A stretch of DNA of 64,000 bases from the human T2T-CHM13v2.0 reference genome, Homo sapiens. Of the stretch, positions 13,392 through 27,167 are shown piece by piece. The stretch is taken from NCBI RefSeq assembly GCF_009914755.1, contig NC_060930.1, one strand, 5' to 3'. A program made the translations under genes and the position numbers. Below the pieces are notes generated by a model. The model ran no database searches and had not been told where the DNA came from. It saw only the letters and a list, made by a program, of their open reading frames with translations. Within the stretch, counting starts at the first letter, position 1, and every line of letters starts with the position of its first letter.

Positions 13392-14331
13392 TTTATGTGG
13401 CAAATATATTCCAAAGGGCTTTTGTTACATCGGAAGATACCATTGAAAGAAGAGTATGGTTAAAGTTAATGCCTTAATTGACACTTCACCCTTGAAATAC
13501 TGAAGTGAGAAGTCACTCAAAAGTAACTCCATCAGCATTGTTTCTAAGGCTCTAAAATCACATCTACTTCTGAGAAGGTAATTTTGCAACTCATAAGGTA
13601 AAGCCATTTAAAAACCATATAGTATATAATGTAGTTTGTGTTGGCTTAGAGCAAACTAGCAATTCAAACATTTTCCTCTTATGAGCAAGACTTTTGTTGT
13701 TGTTTTCTTGCTGTTGGTGTTATAGATAAAACATTAGATTTGAAATTGGAAGCAATTGGTGAGAGAGGAAGGACATATCCTTAGTTGAATCTGGAAAATA
13801 CCAACCCTTTTATCTTTCTTTGCCTTTGATGTACTGCTATGCTCTTAGGATGATTAGATGTGTGTGCGACTTCTTGGCAGAAGTTAGAGCATATCTTTAG
13901 GTAGGAATCCCAATAGATAATTTTTCAGGGTGATTCTTGCATAGTCAAAAAGCCTTAAACCTTTTGACTTACTGACTCAATAAGCCTTTGAGTTTGACTG
14001 AGGTTCCTCAACCAATGCAAACAAAACAAAGACAAAAACTTCCCAAGGAGATTTAAGTGTTTCTGACTTCTGATCCTTGCTCATAGCTGCATAGGTCACT
14101 GCTGTGTGTGGTGTCATATATGCAAAAGCTCAGAGATATAATAATGGGACACTTGGGGAATTTTCGAGGTCAGTGTTGGTTTTAGGATGACTATGTGAAG
14201 CTTGATACCTAATGTCAACCAAGAGTGCTCAGATTTGAGAGGTGAGTTTGATTTTGAAAATGTTTTTGCTGTGTCTATGGGACTCCCACTAGAGCTGTCC
14301 ACCAGACCATAATCTAACTTCCTAACACTAA

Positions 14332-14710
<379 letters not shown>

Positions 14711-14952
14711 TTTTTCTATTTTAACAATGATTTCTCCCTCCTGAGTAATAGTCCTGAAATTTTTTATTCCTGAAATTTAATTCATGTTAGGTTCAAGATG
14801 TGCCAAATCGATAGAAATTGCAGATAGCTTTGGTGGTTCACATTTGGAATAGATTATAGAGAACACTCTCTGGGAAGGTGAAATGGTGTTCACTTCTCAG
14901 AAAGAGGCTCTGTGTTGCAAAGGGATGCACAGTTTCCGTGAATTATCCTAAT

Positions 14953-15200
14953 CAGCACTTCAGGCAAGTCAGCTGTAAAACACACTGGACTTCATGAAGC
15001 TCTGAGCCAACTTGTGGCCAGTAGGCACTAAGGTCAGAGACACATATGGAAAAGCACATGATGAAGCCTCTGGTATTGGAGTAGTGCCTACAGCCCTGCC
15101 CAAGGCCTGGATATGGGGATTGAAGGCAAAGAAGATCATGGTTCTGGAGCTCACGTTGAGGAAATGGACCTCACTCAGGGAATGGGGCACATTAGAGAAG
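14953..15200 (+). pseudogene. Fossil SCAN-domain exon 2
   Basis: Across frameshifts it reads QHFRQVSC / TGLHEALSQL / Q*ALRSETHMEKHMMKPLVLE*CL / TALPKAWIWG..KIMVLEL, then donor aag|gtaaaa at 15200/15201. Confidence 0.8.
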
Positions 15201-15689
15201 GTAAAACACATACTGTACTTACAGCAGAAGTGAAGGGCTTCAGGAAGTTCTCTTTGCTTTGCTGAGTTCATTTGTGAATTCTTTTGCACTGCTTCTTCCT
15301 GTCTTTGGCAATTGAAGGAGACTAGGTTTTCCTTGATTTGACCTGTCACCCCATTTCTGTGCTGTTACCTTCAATGTTTTTAGTGTTTACCTTTCTAACC
15401 CCAGCTATCTTGGTTTGTTTCTAGAATGGAGATTTACAGACAGTCATCTGGGTGGAGGACACCCTTTTGGGATCAGCACTGAAAGTGACGCCATATCCCA
15501 CTCCAAACCAGCACAACTATAAATACTAAGCAGTGAGTGGTATTCTGAAGACTTTGAAGGAGGAGCTATTTCTGAAAATAAATTTATTTTGTTGAAGAAT
15601 TTAACCATTAAGCGATCAGGATATGTGTACTGTGGTTATTACTTTTGAGCTCAAAGTAAGGTATTAGTGATTATTTGTTTTAGGTTGGG

Positions 15690-16060
15690 TCTTGTGCCGG
15701 GTGCTAGGAATACAAAAATAAGTGAAAAAAGCACCCTAATCTCGAGGCTCGCAGACTATTTGGTGACAGGGAGAAGAGAGTAGATAGAAAACAACAAATA
15801 CTGTGATAAAGCCGCTGGATTTGTAGAGTACTTTGCATTGAAGAGGGTTTAACAATGACTCACGAAAACAATTGAAAAGGCTTTGGAGGAGGACGAAAGC
15901 TTGGAGGAAAAGAATGAGTTCTTGAGCCACATGATACAGAAGAATGAGGGAAGGTACAGTGAGAATAGCATGTGAAAAAGCACAGTGCATCTGGGGGTAA
16001 AGAAGGAAGTTTTCACGGACCTTGATTATATTTCAAGAATCATAGAATATGCATGTGAAA
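15690..16060 (-). mobile_element. L2 fragment
   Basis: 'tgtgccgggtgctaggaatacaaaaataag' and a purine-rich L2 antisense pattern. Confidence 0.55.
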
Positions 16061-16399
16061 GTAGTATATTATGACCAGACCAGACATTCTTTGTTCTACT
16101 AAGAAGTATGAAACATATTCTTTAGGCCAGTGTTTCTTCAAACATTTTGTGCAGTAAGAAACCCATTTTATGTTGTAACTCGGTGTACCATTTTTGGGAG
16201 AGACCATCCTCCTTGGCCTTGCACTCCTACATGTCTTGCTGGGTGTGCCAACATTGCAAGGGCATGGCAGCTCTTACTCAGGCCACTTTTTATTGTCATG
16301 GAGCTAGTAACCTTGAAAGATGAGGTGACATCTCTTGGACTAAGAGTAGGTTAGCTTGCTTGCTTACTTATTACTGTTTGGTATTCTTTTGGAAAGTTC

Positions 16400-18195
16400 C
16401 TGTTCAATTTTTTTACATGTTTATAGGAATTATTTACATATTCTGGATATGAGCTCTTTTCATAGAGGATGCAAATATTATCTCCATCTTTATAGCTTGC
16501 CTTTTATTCTCTTAATGATGTCTTTTGATGAATATACATTTTTAATTTTAATATAGTCCTATTTATCAATCTTTTTCTTTCATGTGTTTCTTGTTTTGTG
16601 TCTTTTGAATAATTCTTTCTCTCCCTTAAGATCATGAAGATAATCTCTACCATTTTAAAAAGTTTTCTAATTTGCTTTATCATTTATATCTGTAATCCAT
16701 TTGAAATTTATTTTTCTGCCTGAGTGAGGTAAAGTCTAATTTCATTCTTTTCCATATGGATATTCTTTTCATCCTTCATCACTTATGGGAATGCCTGTCA
16801 TTTCCCACTGTTCTACAGTGCCAATTTGTCATTAATTAATTTTCCAAAAATGCATGGATCTGTTTCTAGTTTCTCTGTTATGTTCCATTGCTTTATTTGG
16901 CTCTCCCTTCATCAATACCAGATTTTCCTAATTATCGTAGCTTTACATTGTTCTGGTATCCAGTGGAGCAAATCATCCTACTTGAAGAGTCAGACTCCAT
17001 GCCAAATTTCTATGTGTCATTTTTCAGGCCCAACCATAGGCAGTTACAAAGGCCGTACACCTCATGAAGGAAAGCTACCCTCCCCATGCCAGACTTGGGG
17101 CACAGCCAATGCATTGCAGTCTCTGAAGAAAGTTGCAGTCAAGGACCCAGACCCCCGGCCCAGCCATGCTCTTAGGCATATCTGCATTCCTAGTCCAAGC
17201 ACCTCTGTTTAGAGGTCTCTTTATTGGTGGCCTCCTCTAAACAATTCTGAGACCATTTTACTGGGATCAGGAACCTTGATGCCACTTGTCTTCACTTTCA
17301 GTATTTAGTACTTTTCCACTCCTAGCACTTTTCCCTCTTTCCCCTCCCAGCCCTTAGGCCCATAAAATGGCTGGAGCCTTTTATTTAGGTTTCTCATAGT
17401 AGCGAGATGATCCCCATATCTTTGCTGATTGTTTTGACACTTGTTTGACTCTGTTCCATGGGTAAGAATGTAACACTGCAGGAGCCAGCAGTTTTTCCTG
17501 CTGAGCCTCTTGCTAATGCTACTGCTGATCTAAGGCTTGACTGATACCTTATCATTTTGGCATGTTTTAACTGACCACCACGACACCTGGCAGCTCAGTT
17601 CTTTCTGCATCAGCTTAGTTCTTAACACCACCTTCTTCTCCTACTTCATAAGTGTCTTGGCTGTTCCTGGTTCTTTGCATTTACATATAAATTTTAGGAT
17701 CAGCTGTCAAATTTGACCCACTCCCTTCTAAAAAATTATTGGGATTTTGATTGAGAGTGTATTGAATCTATAGATTATTGGGGAGAATCAACATTCTTAC
17801 ATGAATTTTCTAATTCATGAACATGGTATAGCATTCCATTTCTTTAGGGTCTTAATTTTTCCCAATAATATTTTATGGTTTTCTGTGTCGGTCTTGATCA
17901 TCTTTATTAGATTTATTTCTAGACATCTGACATTTCTTCCATGTAATTGTTAGTAGTGTCATTTTTAAAAATTTACTTTCTGTTTACAGAGACTTAGCAT
18001 TGATTTTTATATATTGACTTTGTAGCCAGCATTCTAATAACATATAGATATTTTAGGTCTTTACATATACCATTCGCAAATGATGACAGTTGTATTTCTT
18101 CCTTTCAAATCTTTATACTTTTTTTCCCTCTTATTACATTAGTATGACATCTACTACCATGATAAAAAGAAGTGGTAATAGCTGGCATCTTTGTC
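16400..18195 (-). mobile_element. Old L1M ORF2 segment interrupted by an LTR
   Basis: Antisense L1 motifs ('ttgggattttgattgagagtgtattgaatctatagat', 'ggcatctttgtct') on both sides of the LTR. Confidence 0.75.
16983..17627 (+). mobile_element. ERVL-type solo LTR (MER54/MER74-like)
   Basis: TG...CA termini, TATA-like cataaaa near 17360, ~645 bp length, inserted into L1. Confidence 0.55.
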
Positions 18196-18410
18196 TGGAA
18201 GGCCTGCTGTGACCTTAACTGTAGGTTCCTTTCTCCAGTGACTCATCTTGAGATTACCCTTCTCTCATACCTCCAACATTTTTGAGACTTGGATATTCCA
18301 AGCCTGTGCTAACCATTCACTTCTTTGGCTACACTCAGCAGAAGAGAAATAGAAAGCTGCCAACCTCTTAGACTCAAACGAAATCATTTTCCCATTTGTT
18401 ACCCTCAGAA

Positions 18411-18950
18411 ATTGGCTCTTTCCATCCACAGGTTCCACATCCATGGATTCAACCAACTGTGTATTGTCAGTATTCAAAAAAATAATAAAGTAAAAATAAA
18501 CAAACAAATAAATAAATAAAAGTTATCTTGATCCTGATCTTCAGAACCTGCCTTGCCTGAAAATTTAACATTTTTCACACTACCTATGTGCGAGCCAACC
18601 AGCACTAGCTGAGAAGGGTTTCACATTTTCTTGACTCTGTTTAACTTGCATAAAAACAAGACTTTAGAACAAGTCTTACTTGGTGGTTGCACAGTTCATT
18701 AATACATTTTAGGTTGAACTCCATTGATAGCTGATTTCTAAAATAATAGAACATTTTTAAAATACAGTATAACAACTATTTGCATAGCATTTTCATTAAA
18801 TTAGGTATGATCAGTAAGCTTGAGATGATTTAAAAGTATATAGGAGGATGTGTGTAGTTATATGCAAATACCATGCTGTTTTATGTAAGGGACCTGTGCA
18901 TGCTGAGGTGTCCTGGAACCAGTCCCCAACAGATACCGAGGAACAACTAT
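18411..18950 (-). mobile_element. MER2 (TcMar-Tigger) with a foreign ~205 bp insertion
   Basis: 'ggttccacatccatggattcaaccaac' at the left end and 'gtcctggaaccagtccccaacagataccgagg' at the right end match MER2 termini. Confidence 0.8.
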
Positions 18951-19183
18951 ATACAGTCAGTTTGCATTACTTATAGTTAGTTGGGTCCTATAATGTTGCC
19001 GCAAACACTGAATTAGTGAATACTGAACTGTTGTTCCTAGAGTTAATGGGGGGGTTAAATTCCTGTGAGCCTGTAGTCATAATATTTTCATCAATCCATA
19101 TGTCATTTGCATTGTAAACATTCGTTCGCCAGCATCCTAGTAAAACAAGCCAGTCCCATCAGGGTTTGAAAGCAGCTCTTCCT

Positions 19184-19324
19184 TGGCTGAGCAGGTGGCT
19201 CACACCTGTAATCCCAGCACATTGGGAGGACAGGGCAGGAGGATCACAAGCCCAGAAGTTTCAGACCACCCTAGGCAACATAACAAGACCCTATCTCTAA
19301 AAATAAAAAATAAAAATAAATAAG
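19184..19324 (+). mobile_element. FLAM / free left Alu monomer
   Basis: Left arm plus A-rich tail; 15-bp TSD gaaagcagctcttcc. Confidence 0.9.
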
Positions 19325-19529
19325 GAAAGCAGCTCTTCCACATAACCCTTTTCTGTATAATACTACACAGATGTTTTAAGAATATTCCATAGCCTTCTAA
19401 TCTTTAGAACCTGTCTTGCCTGAAACTTTAACATTTTCCACACTATCAACGTGGGAGCCAGCCAGCACTAACTTAGAAGGGTTTCACATGTTCTTGGGTT
19501 TTTTTCTTTAATTAGTTGTCATCTCATGA

Positions 19530-19839
<310 letters not shown>

Positions 19840-20094
19840 TAGCCAACAGCACTATCACTCATGCATGAATTAAGCTTATCTAACACACCTATTTTCTCTG
19901 TAAGGCACATGACAGTCTTCTTGCACTTAGGAACACTAGAAGCACTTCACCACTATATTTGGGTACCATTTTAAACAGAAAAATTACCCCCAAAAAGCAC
20001 ACAAAAAGGGGCACTAGTGATGCCCCTAAAGGAAACTTGTTGATGATAGCTAAAACAAGAAGGCAGAGTGTCCCCTTGTTTGAACTCTTCAGAT

Positions 20095-20531
20095 GGTATT
20101 AGTTTCATAGGGTTGCCATAATAGATTACCACAAACTTGGTGGCATGAAACAACGGAAATTTATTTTCACACTGCTCTGGAGTCCAAATTCAGTTGTTGG
20201 CAGGGCTGCACTCCATCTGAAAGCTCTAGGGTACTTCCTGGCCTCTTCCAGATTCTAGGAATCCTAGGCTTGTAGCCACATCACTCAAATCTCAGCCTTT
20301 GTATTCACACCAGCTTTTGTCTCCTCTCTGTCTTCTCCTTTCCTATCTCTTATAGGGATCCTTGTCACAGGATTTAGGGCCCACCTGGATATTCCAGGCT
20401 GATCTCATCTTGAGATCATAAACTTAGTAATTACCTGCCAAGACCCTTTTTTCAAATAAGGTAACATTCACAGATTCCAGGGGTTAGGACATAGACATAA
20501 CTTTTTGGGGGCCACCACCCAACCTACTGCA
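20095..20531 (-). mobile_element. MLT1 (MaLR) LTR
   Basis: 'tattagtttcatagggttgccataatagattaccacaaacttggtggc...ttccaggggttaggacatagacat'. Confidence 0.85.
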
Positions 20532-21759
20532 GATGATAAATTTTTCTCAGAAATAATTGATTAATACACTTGAGCACTGAAGTTGAAGTTTTCTGGCAAT
20601 TAGCAAAAGGGAAAATATGTTGTTTTATATTGTTTTTTATTTGCCTAACAAAAGAAAGCAACTATCTTTGACTGCAGAGGTGAACTTTTTCCTGGAACTA
20701 AATTCAAGTAAACATATTGCTTGAATCCCTATGTAAAATATATTAAATAATAGATATTGTCTTCAACTATAGTTTTAAAAAGAGAAAAAATGGGTCATAG
20801 TGAACCCTAAAACAATCCCACAAAATCTTGTGTTCTATTAAATTACAACACACCTACAATATACAAATCATAAGCATATAATTTTATCACTTAAACTAAG
20901 TGAACACACTTGTGTAGCCCACACCCAGGTCAAGAAATAATATTTTCAGCCTTCCAGAAGCCTTTATCCCCATGATTCCTTGTAACACCATGATGAGTTA
21001 CGCGTGTTTTTGAACTTTGTGTATACCATGTAACTCTTTTGTGGCTGGCTTGTTTCTTTTGACATTGTGAGGTGGATCCATGCTATTGAATATAGTTTTA
21101 GTTCATTCTCCCATGAAAATTTTAACTTATTGAAGCATTTCTACATGATGCTAAGAGAGTATGTTCAGGGATTTGCTTTATATAATCTTGCTTTTGATAA
21201 TCAAAAGGGTTCGACTTCAAGAATCTAAATGGATGGAAAGTTAAATGATTATCGAGTAGTGTCTCTCAGATTTCACATACATTAAGCAAGTATTGGCTTA
21301 AGATTCATGATTGAATTCTGTGACAAGTATCTGTGATCACATAGTCTTTATAGCTACCTCAGATTCTTTTTGTGATGGTTTAGGGGATGGATGTGTGAAT
21401 AGATAGCTAAACTTTATTCTTGCCCAGCTATAAAGCCAACCCACTTCAGCATGAGCATGAGTAGTAGAGGAATTTCTGAGTAAAGACAATTTGTTCTTCA
21501 GGAAAAAACTCTGGATCTTCTACATCACAGTTTGGGTGCTTAGTTGGGATTCCAGACTTCTTTATCAAAAAGTAGGAAAGCTTCAGCCTGGAAGATGTTT
21601 AGAACAAGTTGCACAGTTCATTAAAACGTTTTAGGTTGAGCTCTATTGATGTCTGATTTCTAAACAAACATATTTCCATTTCTGTAACTACTCCCAATCT
21701 TCCCCTTCTTTCACCTCCCATAGCACATTGTTTCTTTCTTGGAACATTCATCTTCTCTT

Positions 21760-22066
21760 TTGCTTTGTTTGTTTTTTTATTTTGAGCCAGTTTCTCACTC
21801 TGTTGCTTAGTCTGGGATGCAGTGGCACAATGTCAACTCAAGGCAACTTCCAGTTCCCAGTTTCAAGAAATTCTCATGCTTTAGCCTCCTAAGTAGCTGG
21901 GACTATAGGCATGCGCCACCATGCCCAGCTCATTTTTGTACTTTTAGTAGAGATGAGGTTTCACCATGTTGCCCGGGCTGGTCTCAAACTCCCGAGCTCA
22001 GCTAATCCACCTTCCATGGCCTGCCAAAGTGCTAGGATTACAGGCGTGAGCCACTGCACCCGGCCC
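21760..22066 (-). mobile_element. Alu (S-type, diverged)
   Basis: Full-length antisense Alu. Confidence 0.9.
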
Positions 22067-22199
22067 TGTTTTACTTTGTATCTGTCTCTCTTGTCCTGCT
22101 CCTTTGATTGTGAGTTTTTTGACTGCAGGGATTATTATTATTCTTTGTGGATTCTTTGCAGCCCTGAGTATGGCTTGAGATTGTACAAGTCATCTTGGG

Positions 22200-22560
22200 C
22201 TAATTAGGATCAATTAGTTTTTTGTCATGTAACCAACAACCTCTCAGATCTCAGTGGCTTTCAATAACAAAGGTTTATTCTTATTGCACATCAGTTATGG
22301 GTCAGTTGCAGCTGTGCAATACATTCTCTCTATTCTAGGACCCAGGCTGGAGGAGCAGTCCTACCTTGAATGTGCTGCTTTTACAGCAATAGAAAAAACA
22401 GTTGTAGGACGATGTGATGGATTTAAATTAGCTACTCTGGAGAAGCATATGTCACTTACACTTCATTAGCTAAAACAAGTCAAATTACCAAGCCTAGTAT
22501 CTGTGGGGTGGGGAAAATAATCCTTACAAAGAAGTCAGTGTGTAATAACAATACATAATC
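22200..22560 (-). mobile_element. Old MLT1 LTR
   Basis: 'tctcagtggctttcaataacaaaggtttattcttattgcac' and 'ctaggacccaggctggaggagcag'. Confidence 0.6.
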
Positions 22561-22589
22561 TATTATCGAGATAGCATATCTACCCTGAT

Positions 22590-22830
22590 AGCCAATATTT
22601 ATGGTATGCTTTCTATACCAGGGCTTTTCCTGAATGCCTATATATATATTTTTTCTCAATGAACAACAATGCTATGAGACAGATACTTCTGTATTCCCAT
22701 TTTACAGCTGAAGAAGAACAGAGACATTGAATAACTTGTCCAAGATCATGCAGTTAGGCAATGGTAGAGCCAGGAATTGAAACCAGAAGTCTGACTTCAC
22801 AATCTTCTCTTACCCACAGTGCTGTATTAT
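22590..22830 (-). mobile_element. MIR
   Basis: 'ttcccattttacagctgaagaa...taacttgtccaagatcatgcagttagg...gagccaggaattgaaaccag'. Confidence 0.8.
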
Positions 22831-23524
22831 GAGAGTTTTAATCTGAAGGTTTATGTCTATGTACCATGTTGGACTTTAAAGAGTCATGAAGTGTGCTAGT
22901 AAAAACTCTAAAAGTGAGATTCAGGAGCCCTTGGTCTCATCCTGCCTTTACCTCTGAGTAACCATATTACCTAGGCTCATGCCCCATACCTGGGCCTCAA
23001 TTTCTGTATCCTTAAAAATAGGGTAAACAGACCAGATATTCTCTGATACCCGTTCAGCTTTGAATTTCTTATCTTTTCTCCAAGTAGATAGTAAAATATT
23101 TTGTTGATGTTGATATGATGACCTCTTTCATCTTCTGCTTCCTATGTTATTATCTTCATAGTAGATCTTGTATCAGTATTGAATCTCCCCAATCCTCTTC
23201 CTTCTATTTTACTTCGCCTGTTTTACTTTAATGATACTACCACTACTGCTGCTGCTACTACTACTACTACTGTCTACCATTTATTGAGACCTACTGTTTC
23301 AGAACAGGAAAATAAACCCAAAGAAAGCTGAAGGAAGAAAGTACTAAAGATAAGAACAGAAATCAATGAAAAAGCAAACATATATCCTTACTTAGAGCCT
23401 TCATATATAAAGAGTGTGTTTTAGGTATGTTCTCTCTGTAGGCTACTCATATATGTTACATTAGAATTCCCCTTTGTGTCTTCAGGAAAAAGGTGCTAAT
23501 TGCATAATCAACTTGTTCTTTCAG

Positions 23525-24810
23525 ATGGTGACTCCTGGCCTTAAACAGGAGTCTGTTTCAAAGAAAGACTTTTCCAGAAGAAGTCCAACAGAGTGATGTC
23601 CAGGGGACTAAATAGAAACATTTATCAGGGACCCAACACTGAAAAGTTCATGGGCTTCTGAATAGTTTTCCCAAGTGAGGGGAGATCCCCTTTGAAGAAG
23701 CACAACAGACATTGCCTAAAGCTAAGGAGAGTATCACTGATAAAGGAACCTGAGACATCTGGGAGAATTTGCTCTGAAATTCAGTCCTGCCAATGCTCTG
23801 AGAGTGGGAAACCCTCCTTTCAGTTTGCACATGATTTTCAACTTCAGCAACTGTAATAAAACAAGCAGGCTCTCAATGTAAAGTTAGTGGAAAAGTCATT
23901 TCTCTGAAAATATCACTCCCTATTTAAAAAAGCCTTAACACACCAGAAGCCCTGACTTAAACACCAGCATGTCCAAACTGGAGGAAAGCCCTATGTGTAT
24001 CCTCAACATGGAAAGACCTTCAGTGTAAACCCAAGTCCCATGAAACAACAGAGAAGCCATCCTGGAGAGGACTTGCATGAGAGTAAAGAATGTGGCAAAA
24101 TCTTCAGACACTGGATCTTGTCAGACATCAGAGAGCTCTTGTGGATATCTTCAGTGTGGAAAGCCTTCTGTGCGAGCTCAGTATTATTGAACATAAGTAA
24201 ATTCATTTTGGACAAGAGCCTTATCTATATTCGTGAGTACAGCAAAGCCTCAAAGTGCTGTGACAGCCTTATTAAACATCAGAGAATCTGCACTGGAGAA
24301 AAACCCTGTTGGTCTGAAGAAGATAGTAAAAGGTTCATTATGGTTCAGCTCTGGTCACCCACCAGAGAATCCACACTGGAGAGCAGCACCATTATGAACG
24401 TAGTGTGTGAGGGAAGGCCTTTATTTGGAAGCTAGCACTTACCAATCATCAGAATACCCATGCTGGAGAGAAAATTTATAAATGTAAAAATGTAAAAAAG
24501 CTCAATCTTATACATCAGAAAATCCACACTGGAACAAAACTGTATGCATATGACCATAGGGAAGCTAACAGTGTTAGCTCATTGCTTAAAGGGCATCAAG
24601 ATTCCCGCATGGGGAAAAGCTCTTTGTAAATTATGTGGGAAAACCTTCAGTCAAAGTTCAGATCTTATCCAGCATCAGAGTCCACACTAGATAGAAGCTT
24701 TATGACTTGGACAAATGTAAGAAAACATTTTGATGAACTCATCCTTTACTAAGCAACAAAGGATACACAACAAAAATGAACCTCAATAATCAAATATGTG
24801 GTAGAGAGAT
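23525..24810 (+). pseudogene. ZNF603P: Heavily decayed C2H2 finger exon (ZNF603P-like)
   Basis: Acceptor ttgttctttcag|atggtg at 23524, a spacer region, then broken fingers ([61 protein letters not shown]) with many stops and frameshifts. Name from recalled synteny. Confidence 0.75.
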
Positions 24811-24876
24811 AGTAGAGGAATTTTTCAATGTCATCTGTCATGATTAAGGAAAAGACCATTAAATAGAAGAGGTGAC

Positions 24877-24879
<3 letters not shown>

Positions 24880-24911
<32 letters not shown>
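24880..24911 (+). repeat. Poly(A) tract, ~32 nt
   Basis: Uninterrupted A run not attached to an Alu. Confidence 0.9.
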
Positions 24912-24913
<2 letters not shown>

Positions 24914-26492
24914 CCAAGTGCATATAATCACTTTAACTGACATTATTTTATGGAATTAAAGACAAGTGTTATTAGAAAAAGATTAGCATGTCACTTCATG
25001 GGCAGAGTTGAGGAATTAATCTTCTGTGACCAATCTCTACGGATATTTAACTGTCTTTGATACGATTAACTTTTTATTTTCTGTAGTAGAGGTAGAGAGT
25101 AGAGGTAAGTCTTTATAATCACGTAACTATAAACTGGATAATCCAAACATTATTGACTATATTGTTATTTGTTTGGAATTCATAATGCTCATTAAAATTT
25201 TTCTAAGAATGATTTTGACATTTATTCCTGGGACCCAATAAGTGTATCACTTCTTCCAGACTTACTCCCTTTTATTTTTTATGATGCTAGTCTCAGAAAT
25301 GCTGCAAATAAATATGTGTGTTTTGGCAAATCATTTCCCAAAATTTCCTGTCCCTTTGTTAAAAAAAAAAAGATGTAGAAATGTGCATAGACTGTATGAA
25401 CCTGCAATATGATGAACAGACCTTATTGCCTTGTTCATCTTTGTGTCTCTAATATACAGAATAATGACTGATACAGAAAAGGCCCTCAAAACATGCTTGT
25501 TGAATGACTACTCCCAGGGTTCTGTTTATGGGTTGGTCTCAATCCGGCCTACAGAGGGGCCTCTAATTAAGTTTGCCATAGGATTCTGCCCTCTTCCCAG
25601 ACCTGATCAATGAATAACTTCGGGTACTCGGTGTGGACTGATTATGAACTCACTTCATGGCACATCAGAGTCATTGGTCTGTGTGAGGCCTTGCTTTCAT
25701 TCTTACACACTTTTTCTCCTTTACTTTTATCCCAATCCTGTTTCTCCCATCCTTAAATACTTGATTTACAAAACTGGTCTTGTGTTAATATGACTCATTT
25801 TATACCATTCTGCTTTTTGAGTTTTATTCATATTAATATATGAAAGTCTAGTTCACCCCTTTAACTGCTGTACAATGCTTAGTCATTGATTCATTCCTCA
25901 AATGAAGGTCATTTTAAACAACTCTTTATAATAAACAGTCTTGCTGTGAACACTTTTGGGAGTGTTTTTCTGGAGAACATACCCAGGAGTCAATTGCTGG
26001 GTCACAAGTATGCACAGTGTCAATATCACTAGCAAGTAATGGTTTCTGTTCTTTGTGAACTGAGAGACCTCTCTGGCATCTTAGCCTGATCATGATAGCC
26101 CCTTTTCTGCATGAATTTCTGAAAGCAACTGACAACTAAACCAGACAGGCACATTCTCATCTGCTGGCAGTCTGGAGTGAGGTGAATCTCCAACATAAGA
26201 ATGAGAAAACCTTAACCTCAGAAATAATGCCTGACTTTTCAGGGTCTGGTGATGCAAATTGATTATACTACTTAAACTACAATGTAACCTAAGAAGGCAC
26301 ATATCAGACTATGCTATGAGCGAAGGGAAAATTAAATATTTTTGCTTTTTACCTAAGAACATCATCTCAAAAAGGGAGTACAGCCATTGCAAAGGTGCTG
26401 ACATTGGAGAAACAGCAAGGCCAGTGAGACAGTAGTAGGAAATGAGGTCAGAGAGACAGGGGAGAGGGCCTGTAGAAACAGACTTGTAAGCA

Positions 26493-26803
26493 GGCCGGGC
26501 GTGGTGGCTCACGCTTGTAATCTCAGCACTTTGGGAGGCCGAGGCGAGCAGATCACTAGAGGTCAGGAGTTTGAGATCAGCCTGGCCAACATGGCAAAAC
26601 CCTGTCTCTACTAAAAATACAAAAATAAGCCAGGTATGGTGGTGCATGTCTGTAGTCCCAGCTACTCAGGAGGCTGAGGCAAGAGAATCACTTGAACCAG
26701 GAGGTGGAGGTTGCAATGAGACGAGATAATGCCATTGCACTCCAGCCTGGGTGACAGAGTGAGACTCTGCCTGAAAAAAAAAGAAAAAGAAAAAAGAAAA
26801 GAA
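26493..26803 (+). mobile_element. AluS
   Basis: Full length; TSD agaaacagacttgtaagc. Confidence 0.95.
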
Positions 26804-27167
26804 ACAGACTTGTAAGCCAGTTTATGGACTTTTGAGTTTTATCCAGAGTGAAATTGAAAGTTATTACAGGATTTTAAGGAAAGATATGACATGTCAGTTT
26901 TTAAAAAGTCAAAACTTACAATAGACTATACGGGGCCAGGGTAAGAGCTGGAGAACAGTTAGGAGCTATTTAGGCTTTCTTTAGTTTTTATTTGCATTAA
27001 TGAATTAAAGCTAATCCAGACAGGAAATGAGAATGGCTTAGATAAAGGTAGCAGAGGTGGTAAGATGTGATCAGATTCTAGATATGCATTGAAGGCAGTG
27101 CCAAGATTTTGCTTATGGATTAGATGTAGAGCTACAGAGAACGAGAAGAGGCAAAAATGTCTCTTAA

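Noticed and set aside
15012-15233. 'DEASGIGV' resembling a retroviral RNase H motif
   Set aside because: Better explained as an off-frame reading of the fossil SCAN exon.
18200-18410. Unassigned segment that might be a processed-pseudogene fragment
   Set aside because: No recognisable translation in the frames I read; needs BLASTN.
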